This document shows positions 14,064-27,849 of a stretch of DNA of 64,000 bases, piece after piece (the first letter of the stretch is position 1; every line of letters starts with the position of its first letter). The position numbers and the translations under genes are program-made. This DNA is from Octopus vulgaris (taxonomy: Eukaryota), in the NCBI GenBank assembly GCA_951406725.2, contig OX597824.1, positions 86,304,001 through 86,368,000 of the forward strand, written 5' to 3'. Below the pieces are notes generated by a model. That model had not been told where the DNA came from. It saw only the letters and a program-made list of their open reading frames with translations, and did not search any database.

Positions 14064-15926
14064 TTAAATAATTTCACCGTGAAGTGCTAAAAGTAGAAAA
14101 AAGTTATTAAAATATTTTTTTATTTTACTTATCTGTAAGTTATGCTAAAGAGAGAGTCAACAGAGCTAAGGACCCGGTGGGCTAAGAATTATTAGCAAAT
14201 GCTAAAACTACACAACTTATACAATAGAAAGCAAGTGAAAATGTCAAAAATTATAAAGCTATGTAAGATTGTGGTAGAATTTTAAAAAAATGAATAACAA
14301 AAAGATTTATAAAAAGGATACAAAACAGCCTCCACACTTTTGTAAATATATACAAATAATATAACTGAGCCACAAGAAGTCTAGAAAACCATTTATAAGG
14401 CAACAGTGCTAAAGTAATAAAAAGTTCAAAAAACACTTTCCTCAGTGAATCTGCCGGTCAGTTTTGGAACTAATCTTTAGTCCAGGTCAGACCTGGTTCA
14501 GCAGGCCTAAGACTACCAACAAATTATAGAGAACTTTGTAGACGGCTTTTATTTTACTTAGAAAATGGGAGGAGCAATTAAGATAATGAATGCATAAATT
14601 ATTGCTTAAGATGGCAAAGATGAGTGGCTGATAAATAAGTAAGTGTGAATTAGTTTTTTTTTTTTTTTTTTGCGAGGGGGTTTCTTTTTTGTATTAATGC
14701 CAGAATTAATCCCATCTCCACTTTACAAATTGAATTCTTTACCACACCACAAGGGTTCATAAGGCAAGTGTTAGACTTCCATCTCTGTAGTATCAAGCAG
14801 ATGAAAGATAAACAACTCTGGCATTTATTCTTCACAAGGAATTGAAACAGACAGAAAAGGTTTTACTCCACAAATGAAAGAATGCCATCAAATCGGAAGA
14901 AAGCAACTCAAAAGGGCTTATGTACTGTACACAAAAACATAACAAAAAGCCCCTACTTCATCCAAACAATACTTAGCTTGCTTTATTAAGCAATATAAAT
15001 CTACAAAAGAATATCTCCAGAACACAAGATTAATTAATGATTAATTACATTTGTCTACAGATCTTTCATGTGAAGACATGTAGTCTTGCGGTTAGTGTGT
15101 TGCACTTGCAATCACAAAATTGTAGTTTCAATTCCTGGACTGGGTGGTACATTGTGTTCTTGAGCAAAAACACTTCATTTTACGTTGCCCCAGTCCACTC
15201 GGCTGTAAATGAGCAACCTTGCAATGGACTGGCACCCCATCCAGGGGGAATGTTGTAATCTCATTTATATGCCATGAGAACTAGGCAATTGGTCCCGTGG
15301 GCCCTAGGATTCAAGACAGTAATATCCAGAAATCTTTCGAGATAATACACAGTAAGTTAACACACTCTAGTACCTTTTTGTCATTTGGTCCGTAACCTAC
15401 ATGCTAAGGAATTGCTCAATCAGGACTGACCCAAGACTACATAACTTCAAGTGATTCCTTCCTCAAATTTAACCTTAGCGAAAAAAATACCAAGACCCTA
15501 CTGATTAAATCTGAACAGAATATAGAAAGTAATTCACAGAATTTGAAAATGGGGGAGGGCAGGGATAACATTTGAAATCTCTCGAATAATAAAATAAATT
15601 TAAATGGCTGTGTGGTAAGTAGCTTGCTAACCAACCACATGGTTCCGGGTTCAGTCCCACTGCATGGCACCTTGGGCAAGTGTCTTCTACTATAGCCTTG
15701 GGCTGACCAAAGCCTTGTGAGTGGATTTGCTGGATGGAAACTGAAAGAAGCCCGTCATGTATATATATATGTATGTATATGTTTGTGTATCTGTGTTTGT
15801 CCTCCCAACATCGCTTGACAACTGATGCTGGTGTGTTTACGTCCCTGTCACTTAGCGGTTCGGCAAGAGATACAGTCAAATGACTGAAACAAATAAAAGA
15901 ATAAACGAATGATTAAAATATTTTAC

Positions 15927-16076
15927 CTCTTCCAATGCTAAGAGTAGGATAGGATCACAAACTCGACCATTTGTATGTTGGTGGAGTATTTTAACAGATA
16001 GATCTGCTTTCTTATATGAGTAATGACTCAAACTATAAGATCTGAGAAGGCTATAGGCATACTCTTCTTTCTCAGA
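15927..16076 (-). CDS. Orphan internal exon (SEKEEYAYSLLRSYSLSHYSYKKADLSVKILHQHTNGRVCDPILLLALEE)
   Basis: long polypyrimidine tract plus ttag acceptor; exactly 50 open codons; GAG|GTAAAA donor; unique sequence. Confidence 0.6.
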
Positions 16077-16299
16077 CTAAGAGATAAAAAAAGGAGAAAA
16101 AAAAATTATACTAAATATCAACTGACAACAGTTTTCACTTCTATGTGGAGTGGAACTTGCTTATCAAACTAAGGTAAGCAGAGTTATGCACCTTGCTCAA
16201 GAAAACGATTGAATTATGATTATCATTTTCTGTCAGTCAGAAAAATGCAAGCAAAGTTATGTTCCTTGACTATGATAATAATAATAATAATAATAATAA

Positions 16300-16560
16300 C
16301 AATTAAGTTGAAGAAATATGTCATAGAAATCAGACATGGGAGCAGAGCAAGCAAAAAAAAAAAAAACTGCTCTGCTGGGGACAGCTAGGATTTTGAGATT
16401 GGTACTTGTGTGTTGAATGTCCTTCCACGATAATTAACAACCAATTATCAAAACTTATAATGTGCTGAAAGCGACCTCTGACAACAGGCTGCTGTCCGCT
16501 CTCACAAAATCAACCAGAGCACAAAAGACTTCTCACTCTGAGAAGTAAAACAATAATAAT
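16300..16560 (+). mobile_element. R4/Dong-type non-LTR 3' fragment in (TAA)n
   Basis: KTALLGTARILRLVL C-terminal motif; (TAA)n on both sides. Confidence 0.65.
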
Positions 16561-18127
16561 TGAATCAAATGAAAATATTTCTTCAAAAAGTGACAAATTC
16601 AAAACTTGTAAAGTATGTTAAATTCAAGTTGAAGAAAATGGACAAAAAAAAAATAATAATAAATCCTTAGAATCCTTAAAAATGTTTCAGCCCGAAGGCT
16701 GTGGCCATGCTGGGGCACCACCGCTGGAATTTAGAATTTTTATACAGATATTAACCTTTTGTTTTCGTATGTTCAAGTAGTTCAAAGTTAAAGCTTGTGT
16801 ACCATAAATATTATGAAAACAGGAGAGAGAAGAAATATATTTAGTGATGAGGATGTCAAGTACCCAAGAATGTCAAAAACAGCTTTGCTATTTCTACATA
16901 ATTGATTTTGAACATCAAGAAATAATGAGGGAAAAAAAAAAAAAAATTTTTTTGTGGTTGAAACAAATACACTATAATTTAAATAATAGTTGCAGCTGAT
17001 CAAATTAATAGGATTCACTCTACTAAAGAAAATAGCTTCACTCTATCGCTTACAAATGACTTCTAAATGGCTCAGTCTCCTTGGTTGTAACTGGACCCAT
17101 GGGAGTTGCAGTTCACTGCTTGAGACAACAACAATAATGAAAATAATTTAAAATTTTGGTACAAGGCCAATAATTAAAGGGCAAGCGGGGTAAGTCAATT
17201 ACATTGACCCCCAGTACTCAACTGGTATTTATTTTTATCAATCCCAAAAGGAGGAAAGGCAAAGTTGACCTTGGCGGAATTTGAACTCTGAGTAGCGATG
17301 GGCAAAATACCTATTTCTTTACTACCCACAAGGGGCTAAACACAGAGAGGACAAACAAGGACAGACAAACGGATTAAGTCGATTATATCGACCCCAGTGC
17401 GTAACTGGTACTTATTTAATTGACCCCGAAAGTATGAAAGGCAAAGTCGACCTTGGCGGAATTTGACCTCAGAACGTAGCGGCAGACAAAATACTAAGCA
17501 CTTCGCCCGGTGTGCTAACGATTCTGCCAGCTCACCACCTTAATCATAATAATAATGATAACAACAACAATTATAATAAGATAAGGCATTATAGAATGAG
17601 GAATTTTTCTAATTTGCAGCACTGAAATTAAAAATTAGCCAAGACAAAAAAAAAGTTCTCACAAGAAAAAAACATAGGCGCAGGAGTGGTTGTGTGGTAA
17701 GTAGCTTGTTTACCAACCACATGGTTCCGAGTTCAGTCCCACTGCGTGGCACCTTGGGCAAGTGCCTTCTACTATAGCCCCGGGCCGACCAAAGCCTTGT
17801 GAGTGGATTTGGTAGACGGAAACTGAAAGAAGCCTGTCATATATATGTATATATATATATATATATATAAGTGTGTGTGTATATGTTTGTGTGTCTGTGT
17901 TTGTCCCCCTAGCATTGCTTGACAACCAATGCTGGTGTGTTTATGTCCCCGTTACTTAGCGGTTCGGCAAAAGAGACTGATAGAATAAGTACTGGGCTTA
18001 CAAAAAGAATAAGTCCCGGGGTCGATTTGCTCGACTAAAGGCGGTGCTCCAGCATGGCCACAGTCAAATGACTGAAACAAGTAAAAGAGTATAACAAAAA
18101 ACAAATTCCAATGGCGCTTGAGCAAGC

Positions 18128-18201
18128 TCAGCTGCACAGCTCAAACTGGCTCAGCTGCCCAGCTCAAACTGGCTCAGCTGCCCAGCTCAAACTGGCTCAG
18201 C
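18128..18201. repeat. 22-bp minisatellite (cagctcaaactggctcagctgcc-like) x~3.5
   Basis: direct. Confidence 0.85.
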
Positions 18202-18649
18202 TTTATTGCTATAAGGAAATACTCAGCTGGACACTTCAGATTATCAAACATAATAAATTAATTAATTAATTCTAATTTCATTTCTATCTCTTAAATCATT
18301 GATCTTGAGTTTCAGTTTTGCCTAATTTCTGATAGAATCTTTTTCCTGTAGTTTCCTTATTTCAAATTTCTCAGACATACTGCTCAAGGAGGTTACTCGT
18401 GGTTTGTGGATAATATTAGGGATTAGATTTTTTGTATTTGGTTCACAAGATTCTTGATGAGAACTTGTGTGTTGAAACATATTTTGTTGTATCTTGGGAG
18501 GAGGGGGGGTCATTGTGCCAATAATAAACACATACTGGTTCCATTTCATTTCTTTATTATTATTATTATTATTATTATTGTTATTATTAATCATCATTTA
18601 ACGTCCGCTTTCCATGCTAGCATGGGTTGGACGATTTGACGATTTGGAC

Positions 18650-18892
18650 GATTGTTATTATTGTTATTATTTATTATTAATTATTATTATTTATTATTAA
18701 TTATTATTATTTATTATTATTATTATTAATATATATTATTATTATTAATTATTATTATTTATTATTATTATTAATTATTTATTATTATCATTTATTATTA
18801 TTATTATTAATTATTATTATTATTATATTTATTATTATTATTATATTTATTATTGTTATTATATTATTTATTATTATTATTATCATTATTAT
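18650..18892. repeat. (TAT)n microsatellite
   Basis: direct. Confidence 0.95.
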
Positions 18893-19777
18893 TTTTTTCC
18901 CTTCTTTCACTGGTACTTAATTTATCAACCCTGTAAGGATGAAAGGCAAAGTTGACCTCAGTGGAATTTGAACTCAGAACATAGCATGCATGTGTGTGTG
19001 TTTTGTTGCAGTCAAAAAAATACTTTTTCTGAGAATATTTTGCATCTGGCATGTTAATGATTCTGCCAGCTCACTGCCTTAACCAACTGTCTAATAACAA
19101 TAATATACATATGACAGAACCAGTGCATGTATTTATTATTAGCTTAATGACCCTCTTGAGACACAATTAAATGTTGATTAGATTTGTCTGAGATTATTAG
19201 GCCCTGAAAAACACTGCCAGACTTGTATTTTTTCATTTGGTTTTCCAAGTAAGCTTGGCTTTGGTAATTTTAATTTATAGATGAAAAAATAGTAATGACA
19301 CAGTTTGTTGTTGTAATAATAATAATAATAATAATAATAAAAATAATAATAATAAAAATATAGCTTTTAGTCAGTTCTGATCAGTTAAACCTTTGATTGA
19401 AGGCATTCAAGGTAGGATGGTCATGGCTTGAATGTTTTTGATCATGATCTGGGTAAAACAGAGTCGACCTAGGGTTAAACAATAGCAACCAGCTCAAGTC
19501 TTTTCTCTGTTTAGTAAATCTAATATGATATGAATGAAAGAATATTTGCTTCAATTATGAATAATAAATAGACCAGATTGATAAAAAAAAACAAAAAAAC
19601 AGTAAAGTGTTGTAGTGAGAGAAGGAGAGGAGAACAAAAATAAAACAAAACACACATATATATATATACATATATATATACATATATAGTTGAAATTTAC
19701 AGAAAAACAAAAGATGAAGACAGGTGTATAAACAACAAACAGGTGTATTAGTTTAGCGCTCGGGAAGTTGAAATAAT

Positions 19778-19813
19778 CTTTTACATTTCGAGCATATGCT
19801 CTTCAACAGAAGG
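19778..19813 (-). ncRNA. Minimal hammerhead-like motif
   Basis: TT-CTGTTGA-A-GAGC-ATAT-GCTC-GAAATGTA-AAAG. Confidence 0.45.
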
Positions 19814-20744
19814 GAACACAAGGAAATAAACAGAGAGAGAATAAAAAAACTTTTGGAACTAGCGGTCAATCATGGTAGCACATACACATACACATATATC
19901 TACATATATAAACAAGTGATAGAGAGATTACATAAGACCTCAAAGTCCCTTGTATTCTTTCCTGCTACATGGTGTACTACTACTGAGAGCAACAAGCTAT
20001 GATACTTGTACATTTGTTTAAAGACTTCCCAAACCTATCCCCACTTTTTTTCAATTTTGCTGGGTCCCAAAGAACTCATTTTGTCTGGTGATAGGTAGTG
20101 TGAATTAGATTTAAAGTGCACAAAGCTCTTTAAATACAATAAGCCATCTTATCCAGTGCTCTGACAATTCCATCTGTCCACTGTCAAGCACTCCTCCACA
20201 TGGCCCAGTCCTTGCTGCAGCATGGGAGCTTGCTTACCCCAATGCCCTAGTAGGGCATTCCATGTACAGGTCAAACGAGAAGGGCGAGTCTAATATGGAC
20301 CACCTCTTCCCACAGGTGAAAATGTGTTTGTGTAGGGTCAACGCTCCTTCTGAGGAAAAAGTAAAGTTATGGAAGCATCAATGACAATTCAAAATGAAAA
20401 AGACCTGAGAGATGAAAGCCTTCTCTCAGAGACGCATATGATGCAGGGTAGCAAAATCTGAAAGGAAGCTGCAAGCCCAGAAAAAACAAGCAAGGGTCCA
20501 ACTGCAGAGAAGCAGAATGATGGCTTAAAGAAGAAAAACTGTTGATGGCCTTTGCTCGGTAGGGAGTGATGGCACTCAGAATTCCTCAAACTTTACACTC
20601 AGAATTCCTCAAACTTTAAAGAATGAAAGGCAAATTAACTTTGGAAGGATCCAAGAGAGAGAAAGAGAGAGCAAAGAGAGAGCAAAAAGGCAGACAAATA
20701 TGACAAGGCTCTATCTGATTGCCTTGTAATATCTATCTAACACA

Positions 20745-20777
<33 letters not shown>

Positions 20778-21130
20778 ACGGACAGACAGACAGCTAGATA
20801 GATAGACAAGCTGACAGCTAGATAGATAGGTAGACAGATAGCTAGATAGATAGGTAGACAGGCAGATAGATAGATAGCTAGATAGATAGGTAGACAGACA
20901 GGTAGACAGCTAGCTAGATAGGTAGACAGACAGACAGACAGCTAGCTAGATAGGTAGACAGACAGACAGACAGCTAGATAGATAGGTAGACAGACAGCTA
21001 GATAGATAGACAAGCTGACAGCTTGATAGGTAGACAGACAGACAGCTAGCTAGATAGGTAGACAGAGAGACAGCTAGCTAGATAGGTAGACAGACAGACA
21101 GCTAGATAGATAGGTAGACAGACAGACAGC

Positions 21131-21161
<31 letters not shown>

Positions 21162-21362
21162 CTAGATAGACAAGTAGACAGACAGCTAGCTAGATAGGTA
21201 GACAGATAGCTAGATAGATAGGTAGACAGACAGGCAGACAGATAGATAGATAAGTAGACAAACAGGTAGACAGATAGGTAGGTAGACAGGTGGGCAAGTG
21301 GACAGACAGACAGACAGACAGACAGGCAGATAGTTAGATAGATAGGTAGGCAGATAAATAGA
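20745..21362. repeat. (GATA)/(GACA) compound microsatellite
   Basis: direct. Confidence 0.97.
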
Positions 21363-21981
21363 TAATCACAAGGAAAGATATAACAAATGATAGTCTTGGC
21401 ACATGACAATTGATATCTCTTTTAGAACGTTAGAGATATGGAAGACTTGTCATATTCTAGAAACAACCCTAGTCATAAGACATATCACAGTGACTAGCAT
21501 CCTTCTGAGAATCATTATTGCATTATTAAACAGTGCAACAATAGGGATATTTTGTCAGTGGGTTCTAGTCTAGAAATAAGCATCCTACAGACAAAATGTT
21601 GCATCACATACAAAGTGAGACTGACTTAATGTTAGCTAAAGGTTTGCATTTATATTTCAAGGCTGAGAAAACCGATTAATTCTGTTATTCTTAGAGGTTC
21701 AAACACATACATATTTATACATATTCAAATATAAAAAAGGGGTACTTTTACTAAATTTTCAGAATCAAAGAAACTTATGCATTAACAAATGCACAGGTGC
21801 GCACACACAGAGTCAGTCAGTCAGTTATGGACCTTAGGGTGGATACAGATGCCATTACCACTTTGACTTACATGGGTGCCAAAACACCTAAGTAATCTAT
21901 GTCATTTACCATTGGTTACACTGTATATAATCTTTCTCATACACACAGAGATGCAGTCAAATATATATACATATATATATA

Positions 21982-22507
21982 CACCGTACATCCTCGAGTA
22001 TAGTTCGCCCTTGAGTATAATATGCAGGGGATTTTTAGGGGGCTGTACCTCTGAAAAACCTAAACCTTGTGTATAATGCGCACCCCTTCTCTAACTTGAG
22101 TCGTGTGTAATTAAGCCAGCAGCACCTTGTCGAACAAACACTTCTGCGCATGTGTAATACAATAATGGTGATGTTCTTAACTGTTATATGGGAATGTAAA
22201 TATGTTTGCAAATTGGTTTTGTTACATGTTATTCTGTGTTCTGAAAACTTTTATTTTAATAAATGTTGCTCACTGCAAGTTATGGATGATTCTTTTATGA
22301 CTTCATTGCTTTCAGGCTTAGCTTAAGGTATTTACAAGCCTGACATCACAAAATGCGACTGAATAAACATTGCCGGACAGCAAATAGAGACTCGGACATT
22401 GCTTAGAAAATATTTTTCATTTTTAACCTCGTATATAGTACGCACTAGAGATTTTGACCTTTAAATTTTGGGGAAAAAATGCGGATTATACTTGAGGATT
22501 TATGGTG
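21982..22507. mobile_element. pogo/Tigger-like MITE; partial copies at ~24520-25210, ~29697-30008, ~47998-48160
   Basis: TA|caccgtacatcctcgagtata...tatacttgaggatttatggtg|TA. Confidence 0.7.
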
Positions 22508-22984
22508 TATATATATATATATATATATTTATTTATTCATACACGCACATCACTCCTACATATTCATTCGGTCAAAAAGGCAACTGGTTGTCGTAAAAAA
22601 ACTAAGAAAAAAATGTGGAAAGCAGAGTAGCAATGAAAGGAAGCTACAGTTTTGGTTGAATGAATGTTTGCTACATGCATCAAAGACTTTCCTCAGATGT
22701 ACACAGAAATATATCCAGTATGCATTCATGCATTTCAGAATTTTATACCCATGTCCAATATCATGGTTTCACAATCTTAGTGAATACAGCAACCGTTAGA
22801 GGAGGTGAAAGAAATGAGAATTGTTTTTGCTTCTTTCAAAGATGACAGTTATTTAGAGTCATTTGTTTCACTTATATTCATAGCCACTGTACCATATATA
22901 TAAATACGAATATATATATTATCTGATGAAGTTCATAAGATAATCATTTATTCCTTTGTCAGCTCTCTTTCTTTTATATATATA

Positions 22985-23365
22985 CTAGCAGTATCACCCG
23001 GCGTTGCTCGGGTTTGTAAGGGAAATAACTATACAAGCATTTTTAGAGATGTAAAGTATAATAGCCATCTCAATATGGCTAACCACAAAGGGGGGTGTTA
23101 CTGTAGCTTTTTACATTCTGAGATTTAATAATAAATTTTTAGAGAGTTACTTTCCTTATATATGCCAAAAATGCATTAAAAATGGGAAAAATTGATGGTA
23201 AATTTTTTTTTAAATCGTAGATTCATGCTAATACCCAGAAGGGCTCAATATGAATCACGACTATAAGATACCCGGTTTTGGTTAAACTGCACCACAAAAT
23301 GTGGGAGTAGTAAGGAATCTAAATTGTAGGAGACAGACAGCACACAACCTTACTTTTATATATTA

Positions 23366-23368
<3 letters not shown>
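22985..23368 (-). mobile_element. Non-autonomous Helitron
   Basis: 5' TC, 3' CTAG with subterminal ccgagcaacgccgg hairpin, A|T insertion. Confidence 0.8.
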
Positions 23369-23401
<33 letters not shown>

Positions 23402-23728
23402 GGCAAAGTTGATCTCATAGAATTTAAACTCAGAATGTAAAAAGCCAGACTAAATATTGTAAATCATTCTGTCTGACCACCAGAACAATTCTGGCAATTC
23501 AATGAAGGAAATTCGTTCTGCCGTAGATATGCGTAGATAAGCGTAGGAGTGGCCATAGGCGCAGGAGTGGCTGTGTGGTAAGTAGCTTGTTTACCAACCA
23601 CATAGTTCTGTGTTCAGTCCCACTGCGTGGCATCTTAGGCAAGTGTCTTCTGCTAGAGCCCCGGACCAACCAATGCCTTGTGAATGGATTTGGTAGACGG
23701 AAACTGAAAGAAGCCTGTGGTATATATG

Positions 23729-23763
<35 letters not shown>

Positions 23764-24253
23764 TTGTGTGTCTGTGTTTGTTCCCCTGGCATTGCTTGAC
23801 AACCGATGCTGGTGTGTTTATGTCCCCCGTTACTTAGCAGTTCGGCGAAAGAGACCGATAGAATAAGTACTGGGCTTACAAAAAGAATAAGTCCCGGGGT
23901 CAAGTTGCTCGATTAAAGGCGGTGCTCCAGCATGGCCGCAGTCAAATGACTGAAACAAGTAAAAGAGTAAAAGAGTATGCTTTGAAGCAGACATTAGCTG
24001 ATTAGCTGGTTCAAGTTGAAGACTAGTATGTATTGAAATTACAAAAATATATAAAGCTATAAACGAACAGGTTTTTGAGGATGTTCTGTTAAATAATTCT
24101 AATCCATTCTTGCATGAAGAATATGCATATTTCAGAAAGTGTCAGAGTACCAGTGTTTCTGAGAGTGTCTCAGAATTTCTGAGAGCATATCAATGATGTG
24201 TTCATATTTATATGTGATGTGTGGGTGTTCATGCATGCGTGCGTGTGTGTGTG

Positions 24254-24389
24254 TTATACTGTTCCAGAGTTGTTTAATTGCCATTCATAGGGTGTCAGCT
24301 TCAAGTTCACATTACCAATTCTGTCTAAAGCAAGCAACAAAAGCTCTGCACGGTTCTTCTTTTCCTTTGACAAGTATGGCATGACAGAT
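24254..24389 (-). CDS. DUF547 terminal coding exon (SVMPYLSKEKKNRAELLLLALDRIGNVNLKLTPYEWQLNNSGTV*)
   Basis: phase 2 start after ctttctaatttcag; PYL and YEWQLN match the family's C-terminal Y.W.LN motif; TAA at 24254-24256. Confidence 0.92.
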
Positions 24390-26071
24390 CTGAAATTAGA
24401 AAGAGAAAGTAATTAGTAATTAAAAGCCTGAAGTTTGCAAGCATAATAGTAGAGAACAGCAATTTGGAAGTTTATATTTATGATATCATTATTTCACCTC
24501 TTCAATCAACACCAATCAAGCCAGCAGCACCAAGTCGAACAAACACTTCCGCGCATGCATAATACAATAATGGTGATGTTCTTAACTGTTATATGGGAAT
24601 GTAAATATGTTTGTAAATTGTTTTTGTTACATGTTATTCTGTGTTCTGAATACTTTTATTTTGATAAATGTTGCTTACTGCAAGTTATGGATGATTCTTT
24701 TATGACTTCATTGCTTTCAGGCTTAGCTTAAGGTATTTTCACATCCAACATCACAGAATGCGTCTGAATTAATATACTATATACAAGGTTAAAAATTAAA
24801 ATTATTTTCTAAGCAATGTCTGAGTCTCTATTTGCTGTCCGGCAATGTTTATTCAGATGCATTTTGTGATGTTGGGCGCGAAAATACCTTAAGCTAAGCC
24901 TGAAAGCAATGAAGTCATAAAAGAATCATCCATAACTTGCAGTAAGCAACATTTATTAAAAGTTATTACTGTTATTTCTTTAATTTCTGCAAACAAAATG
25001 CAGAAAAAAAGCTACACGTTTGCATTATGTTATATATATAATAATAATAAAGGACGTTATACAGACCTCCTCGACTCATGTTAGAGAAGAGGTGCTTATC
25101 ATACACAAGGTTTAGGTTTTTCAGAGGTACAGCTCCCTAAAAATCCCCTGCGTATTATACTCAAGGGCGGACTATACTCAAGGGCGGACTATACTCAAGG
25201 ATTTACGGTAGTGCTGACAGTCCAGAAGAGCAAATAATTTGGTTGTTTCTGCATCAGCAGCATTATTGTTGGAGGAGCGCAAAAGCCAAGAAAAATTGTG
25301 ATTTTTTAAAAGTTGTCAAGTATCACTTCTGCGAGAGGGGAAGCAAGATAAAGGTTTCTGATGTAGGACCCGAGGTATTCAAATACCTGCTGGTTCACAG
25401 GAGGGGTTTGAGATGTGGTAGAGACAGCAGAAAAATTTAGAGGAATGACAAAGGAAGAATTTGGGTTAAAGCAACTAGAAGCCTTTGTTACTGATATCCA
25501 GGAAAGGAAGGTGAGTGATAGGAAAAATAGTTTATATATAGTTTATATAGGCGCAGGAGTGGCTGTGTGGTAAGTAACTTGCTTACCAACCACATGGTTC
25601 CAAGTTCAGTCCCACTGCGTGGCATCTTGGGCAAGTGTCTTCTGCTATAGCCTTGGGCCGACCATTGCCTTGTGAGTGGATTTGGTAGACGGAAACTGAA
25701 AGAAGCCTGTCGTATATATGTATATATATATATGTATTTGTGTGTATGTTTGTATGTCTGTGTTTGTCCCCCTAGCATTGCTTGACAACCAATGCTGGTG
25801 TGTTTTTATGTCCCCGTTGCTGAGCGGTTCGGCGGGAGAGACCAATAGAATAAGTACTGGGCTTACAAAGAATAAGTCCCGGGGTCGATTTGCTCGGCTA
25901 AAGGCGGTGCTCCAGCATGGCTGCAGTCAAATGACTGAACAAGTAAAAGAGAGAGAGAGAGAGTATATATATACACACACAGGCTTCATTTTCTGAGTGA
26001 AACTGTAATGTATAGTGCAATTGGACAAGAGAGATAGGTTAAAAGGTAGATATTGTGAGATTTATGTCTTA

Positions 26072-26455
26072 CTAGCAGTATCGCCCGGCGTTGCTCGGGT
26101 TTGGAAGGGAAATAACTATAAAGCATTTTTAGAGAGTTATAGCCAAAAAATAGCAAAAAAATGCATTAAAAATGGAAAAAAATGATGGTAAATTTTTTTT
26201 TAAATCGTTGACTCATCGTAGACATTTTTAGAGAGTTACTTCCCTTATATAATAGCGAAAAAATGCATTAAAATGGAAAAAAATGATGGTAAATTTTTTT
26301 TAAATCGTAGACGCGCGCTAATACCCAGAAGGGCTCGATATGAATCACGACTATAAGATACCCGGTTTTGGTTAAACTGCACCGCAAAATGTGGGAGTAG
26401 TTAGGAATCTAGATCGTAGGAGACAGACACACAACTTGATTTTTATATATAAAGA
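26072..26455 (-). mobile_element. Non-autonomous Helitron (same family, internal duplication)
   Basis: same termini and hairpin. Confidence 0.8.
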
Positions 26456-26584
26456 TATAACTGGACAATAAGGCTATGTTGAATGAGGTTCAGTAAAAAG
26501 GACAAACCTTGTATTATACATGATGATAGTCACGAATGTTGTATGGAATGAATTTTTTTATTAGTAACATTATTTGATGCTTAC

Positions 26585-26763
26585 CTTACAGCATCAATGT
26601 CCGATTTACCGAAATCTTTCTGATACCATTTAAATAAGCTTGGTAGCCATATCTCATTGATTTCTGTAAACATACAAACTTCTTGTACACACAATGTTTT
26701 CATTGCTTCCTCCAAGGAACTTTCTAGATTCTTACCCTGGTATATATTAATTTGTGGGCTTGA
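26585..26763 (-). CDS. DUF547 exon (SSPQINIYQGKNLESSLEEAMKTLCVQEVCMFTEINEIWLPSLFKWYQKDFGKSDIDAVR)
   Basis: 179 nt, phase 0->2; LFKWYQKDFG motif; ttttcag acceptor, GTAAGC donor; overlaps ORF 26581..26775. Confidence 0.95.
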
Positions 26764-27733
26764 CTGAAAAAACAAAATATTGAAAGATAATCCAGATGGT
26801 CAGTAGGATGGTTTGAGGTAGAGAGTTCTTTTTTTCTCAGTTTTAAATTCAGGTCCTGCAAGGCAGTGGTTGGATATGGAGAGAGACTGATGCATGGCTA
26901 TGTAGTGTCTGTGGTGTATGCGGGCATGGTATGATGTCAGCAGCTGAGGAGCTGACCGGAATAGCTTGTGGAATAGCTTAGTTCAACTGACATTTTTCAA
27001 GGTGGTGCCCCAGCATGGCCACAGTCTAATGACTGAAACAAGATAGAATATCTAGATAGGGTACCTAACAAATGTATTGGTATATGATGGTTGTTGTACT
27101 TGGGTGTGCTGCCACACCCAATGCCACCAAATTTTAAGCATAGGCGCAGGAGTGGCTGTGAGGTAAGTAGCTCGCTTACCAACCACATGGTTCAGGGTTC
27201 AGTCCCACTGCATGGCACCTTGGGCAAGTGTCTTCTATTATAGTCTTGGGCTGACCAAAGCCTTGTGAGTGGATTTGGTAGACAGAAACTGAAAGAAGCC
27301 CATAGTATATATGTATATATGTGTGTATGTATGTGTATATGTTTGTGTGTTTGTGTTTGTCTCCCCAACATCGCTTGACAACCGATGCTGGTGTGTTTAC
27401 GTCACCGTAACTTAGCGGTTCGGCAAAAGAGACCGATAGAATAAGTACTAGGCTTACAAAGAATAAGTCCTGTGGTCGATTTGCTCGACTAAAGGCGGTG
27501 CTCCAGCATGGCCACAGTCAAATGACTGAAACAAGTAAAAGAGTAAAGAGTACGGTATAACAAAAGTTTTCCATTAAGATTCATGATTAAATTAACGAGT
27601 CAAGTTAACGTTTATAATGAATTTGTCATTTTCGATGGGTATGCAGAGTATACCTAGATCACCGAGAATAGGGGACCCTGAACAAATGTTACCCACAATT
27701 GATTGATATAATATAATAAAAAACCTAACTTAC

Positions 27734-27849
27734 TTTACAACCCCAAACAAGAGCAAAATGTATTCTGGGGTCAGGTTTCATGACAAACTTTAAGCGAGCA
27801 TCTTTAGGACCAAATGGAAGCTCAATGTGGGTTGGTGGAGGTTTGTTGC
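27734..27849 (-). CDS. DUF547 exon (NKPPPTHIELPFGPKDARLKFVMKPDPRIHFALVWGCK)
   Basis: 116 nt, phase 1->0; DPRIHFAL motif; tttccag acceptor, GTAAGT donor. Confidence 0.95.

Noticed and set aside
18322-18597. 91-aa ORF with a non-repetitive middle
   Set aside because: Splice signals are weak or ambiguous and no family is recognisable
22921-22965. CTGATGA...GTCAG hammerhead-like relic (also CTGATGA at 42171 and 50702)
   Set aside because: No GAAA or stem II; the 50702 motif is part of a Helitron
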